Below are positions 8,698 to 10,865 of a stretch of 10,865 bases of DNA, one piece after another. The DNA is from an uncultured archaeon (GTDB lineage Archaea; Asgardarchaeota; Lokiarchaeia; Sigyniarchaeales; SOKP01), in contig CAZBPC010000102.1 in the NCBI GenBank assembly GCA_964493715.1, positions 1 to 10,865 of the forward strand, in the 5' to 3' direction. The position numbers were made by a program, and so were the translations under genes. The notes beneath the pieces were generated by a model. That model was not told where the DNA came from and did no database searches. It saw only the letters and a program-made list of their open reading frames with translations. Position 1 is the stretch's first letter, and every line of letters begins with the position of its first letter.

Positions 8698-8740
8698 TGA
8701 AATATATTAAAAGAAGAGACAAAAAGAATTATAGATTTTT

Positions 8741-8950
8741 TTAAGATCCCCCTGCGATATGTGGAAGTATCACAATATCGTCTGTCATCCTAATAACGGT
8801 ATCCTCATCGGCATGTTTGCCATTTACTAAGATGCCAAAACATTTTCCCTCCAAATTGAGCTCTTTCAAGAGATCTTTAACCAACATGTCCTTTTCTGGT
8901 TTATATATATCATAAATTCCAGTTTCTAATAGTTCATGAGTCTGTTTTAT
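8741..8950 (-). CDS. ThiS/MoaD/SAMP-like ubiquitin-fold (beta-grasp) protein, 69 aa, C-terminus -IAGGS
   Basis: Manual translation: (I/M)KQTHELLETGIYDIYKPEKDMLVKDLLKELNLEGKCFGILVNGKHADEDTVIRMTDDIVILPHIAGGS*. VKDLLKELNL, LVNG and DDIVILPHIAGG match the ThiS/MoaD pattern. The first in-frame ATG (8887) gives only 48 aa. SD AGGTGG (8963-8958) lies 7 nt before ATA 8950. Confidence 0.88.
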   Translation of the reverse strand: MKQTHELLETGIYDIYKPEKDMLVKDLLKELNLEGKCFGILVNGKHADEDTVIRMTDDIVILPHIAGGS

Positions 8951-9224
8951 AATTTTTCCACCTAATACTTAATTATTTGAACTATTATAATTAAAACTGT
9001 ATTCCTATTTAAAATTATGTCCTATCATTTGAAAGGTGTTAATACGAAAGGGTTCGATTCATTTTCTCAGCAAAAAATCTAATAATTGTCGTTAGAGAAG
9101 TCTGGTTTGAATTTTGAGCAAATTCTCATTCGAATTAATATATTTTCAGTAAAATAAAAGGCTTTTTATGGTAACCTAAATTTTATTTCATAACATTTAT
9201 ATCCTATATACGGGTTGATCTCAA

Positions 9225-10865
9225 ATACTTCAAGAATCTTACATCGATAATGGAGAGTACTTAGAAAAATTAAGAGATTTTATTGATCAAGGCCGAATTA
9301 ATAAGAATAATGAGGATCTAAATTTAATAATCAATCAAATAATGGAAGAATCAGCAAATTTAGCTAATAGAATTGCCGAAACAGAGGAATTTCTTGAAGC
9401 CGGAGAATTCCTTTATTCGGTCGCATCCTTAATTGAAGAAATAGATCATTCAAAGTCATTAAAAATATTTGAATTAGTAGATAGATATTGGGAAAAACAA
9501 ATCTCTTTTTATAAACTTCAAGCTAAATTGCACGAAATTGCTGAAATATATATTCGTTTAGCTGACTTGCATGCTGATAAATTTAAAGATCAAAAACTCG
9601 AAAGAAAAAATATTCGTAAAAGTATTAATTTTTTAAAACAAGAAACTAAATTATTAAAGGACTTCAATGAAATTAGGAAGCTAGCTCAAAATTACCAAAA
9701 CATTGCGGAATTATATCTAAAAATTTTAGATTACAAACGAGCTACCAAATTTTATGCATTTGTGATTGAAGTATCAAAAAATCTACGTTATTTCGATTTA
9801 CTAGCATATTCTTATCAACAAATTGCTTCATGTTTTCAAGAATTAGACGATTATGATCGTTCTAATAATATAATTTTAGATGGTATTGAGTACTTCCTTG
9901 ATTTAGTTGAGGAATATGAAGAAAAAAATGACAATTTGACGGTTGCGCAATTATCTCAAGTTTTAAGAAAACTTTATCAATCAATAGATGATAACAAGCA
10001 ATTTGTCAATTATTCTAAGAAAGAAGCGGGAGCTTATATAAATTTGGCAGAAAATTTAGAAAAAATACCTGAAAACTTTCAAAAAATAGCCACATTTTAC
10101 AGAGGGGCTGCTCTTTGTTATCAAGAAATCAATAATAATCTAATTGAGTCTGCTTCCTGTTTCGTATTAGCAGGCAACTATTCCGAAAAAATTAAAGATT
10201 ATGACGAATCAGCAGTTAACTATTTTAATGCAGCTGTTACATTTAAAGAAATGAATAACTTAAATATGACTTACAAGCATTTTGTAAAAGCAGCTGATGA
10301 ATACTGGATAGATGGTAATATTAATGATTCAACAGAGTGTTATTTAAACGCATATGATATAGCGGTTGAAGGAGATTTAGAATATAACCAATATGGATTG
10401 TTCAACCAAATTGTGCGTGGATTAAGTATTATAGCAAAAGAAGGTTTAAAAAATAAGCAATTTTATACTGCTGCAACATTAATATTAGAAAGCATCAAAT
10501 TTTATCAGAAGCTTGATACAGCAAAAGATTTTCTCCTCAAGGAAATGGTAAGGAACGTCTATAAATATTATTATAAAGCGGCAAATTTAAAAGAAATCGG
10601 AAAATCACATATCGTGCAATCCTATGTTTTAGCGGCTATTTCTTCAATTTTAAATGGAAGAATTGATAAAGCTCGAGAAATAATATCAAAATTAAATTCT
10701 AATGGAATTACTGAAAGAAAATATAAAGAATTGGTTGAAACAATGATTGCTTGGATAAGTCAAGGAAAACCAATTGAATTTGAGAAATTCTCTTACTCCC
10801 TCCAAAGAATAATTGAAAATTCTGAAGAAATTATGTATCTTCTGCGTCTTTTTAAAGGTTATAAA
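9225..10865 (+). CDS. Large alpha-helical repeat (TPR-like / alpha-SNAP-like) protein, runs off the right edge; start uncertain (ATA 9225 or ATG 9342)
   Basis: Stop-free frame from 9219 to the window end (547 codons from 9225; 508 from 9342). Repeated helices such as LAQNYQNIAELY, LAYSYQQIASCF, IATFYRGAALCY, SASCFVLAGNY, SAVNYFNAAVTF. Confidence 0.85.
   Translation, partial: MLQESYIDNGEYLEKLRDFIDQGRINKNNEDLNLIINQIMEESANLANRIAETEEFLEAGEFLYSVASLIEEIDHSKSLKIFELVDRYWEKQISFYKLQAKLHEIAEIYIRLADLHADKFKDQKLERKNIRKSINFLKQETKLLKDFNEIRKLAQNYQNIAELYLKILDYKRATKFYAFVIEVSKNLRYFDLLAYSYQQIASCFQELDDYDRSNNIILDGIEYFLDLVEEYEEKNDNLTVAQLSQVLRKLYQSIDDNKQFVNYSKKEAGAYINLAENLEKIPENFQKIATFYRGAALCYQEINNNLIESASCFVLAGNYSEKIKDYDESAVNYFNAAVTFKEMNNLNMTYKHFVKAADEYWIDGNINDSTECYLNAYDIAVEGDLEYNQYGLFNQIVRGLSIIAKEGLKNKQFYTAATLILESIKFYQKLDTAKDFLLKEMVRNVYKYYYKAANLKEIGKSHIVQSYVLAAISSILNGRIDKAREIISKLNSNGITERKYKELVETMIAWISQGKPIEFEKFSYSLQRIIENSEEIMYLLRLFKGYK

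Noticed and set aside
9051-9060. GGTTCGATTC resembling a tRNA T-loop
   Set aside because: The flanks do not form a proper T-stem, and no acceptor, D or anticodon arm can be built. The region is AT-rich.
4417-9227. Genome-wide reassignment of ATA to Met
   Set aside because: ATA is abundant internally at ordinary Ile-type positions (e.g. the N-terminal strand of RNase Z and TM helices). The evidence concerns initiation only.
1-10865. CRISPR array, IS/transposase, integrase, rRNA or defence genes
   Set aside because: No spaced direct repeats, terminal inverted repeats or matching protein motifs seen.

Overview
AT-rich archaeal chromosomal segment, probably from an Asgard archaeon (Lokiarchaeia-like). 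This is inferred from the GGTGA-type Shine-Dalgarno motifs, TATA boxes, short-form RNase Z, GPH-family MFS transporter and helical-repeat/coiled-coil proteins. Gene order: glutaredoxin (-, truncated at left edge), HEAT-repeat protein (-), GPH/MelB-type MFS transporter (+), stand-alone methyltransferase corrinoid protein (-), MacB/LolD-type ABC ATPase and 8-TM permease (+), long coiled-coil protein (+), RNase Z (+), a small ThiS/MoaD/SAMP-like ubiquitin-fold protein ending in -GGS (-), and a large alpha-helical repeat protein resembling alpha-SNAP/Sec17 (+, truncated at right edge). The glutaredoxin, the ubiquitin-fold protein and the SNAP-like protein are absent from the supplied ORF track. 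Main observations: (1) two, possibly three, genes appear to start at ATA placed at canonical distance behind an SD motif; (2) the ubiquitin-like protein has a capped di-glycine; (3) it is divergently paired with the alpha-SNAP-like gene. No RNA gene, CRISPR array or mobile element is supported. Family assignments come from motif recognition by eye, not database searches.
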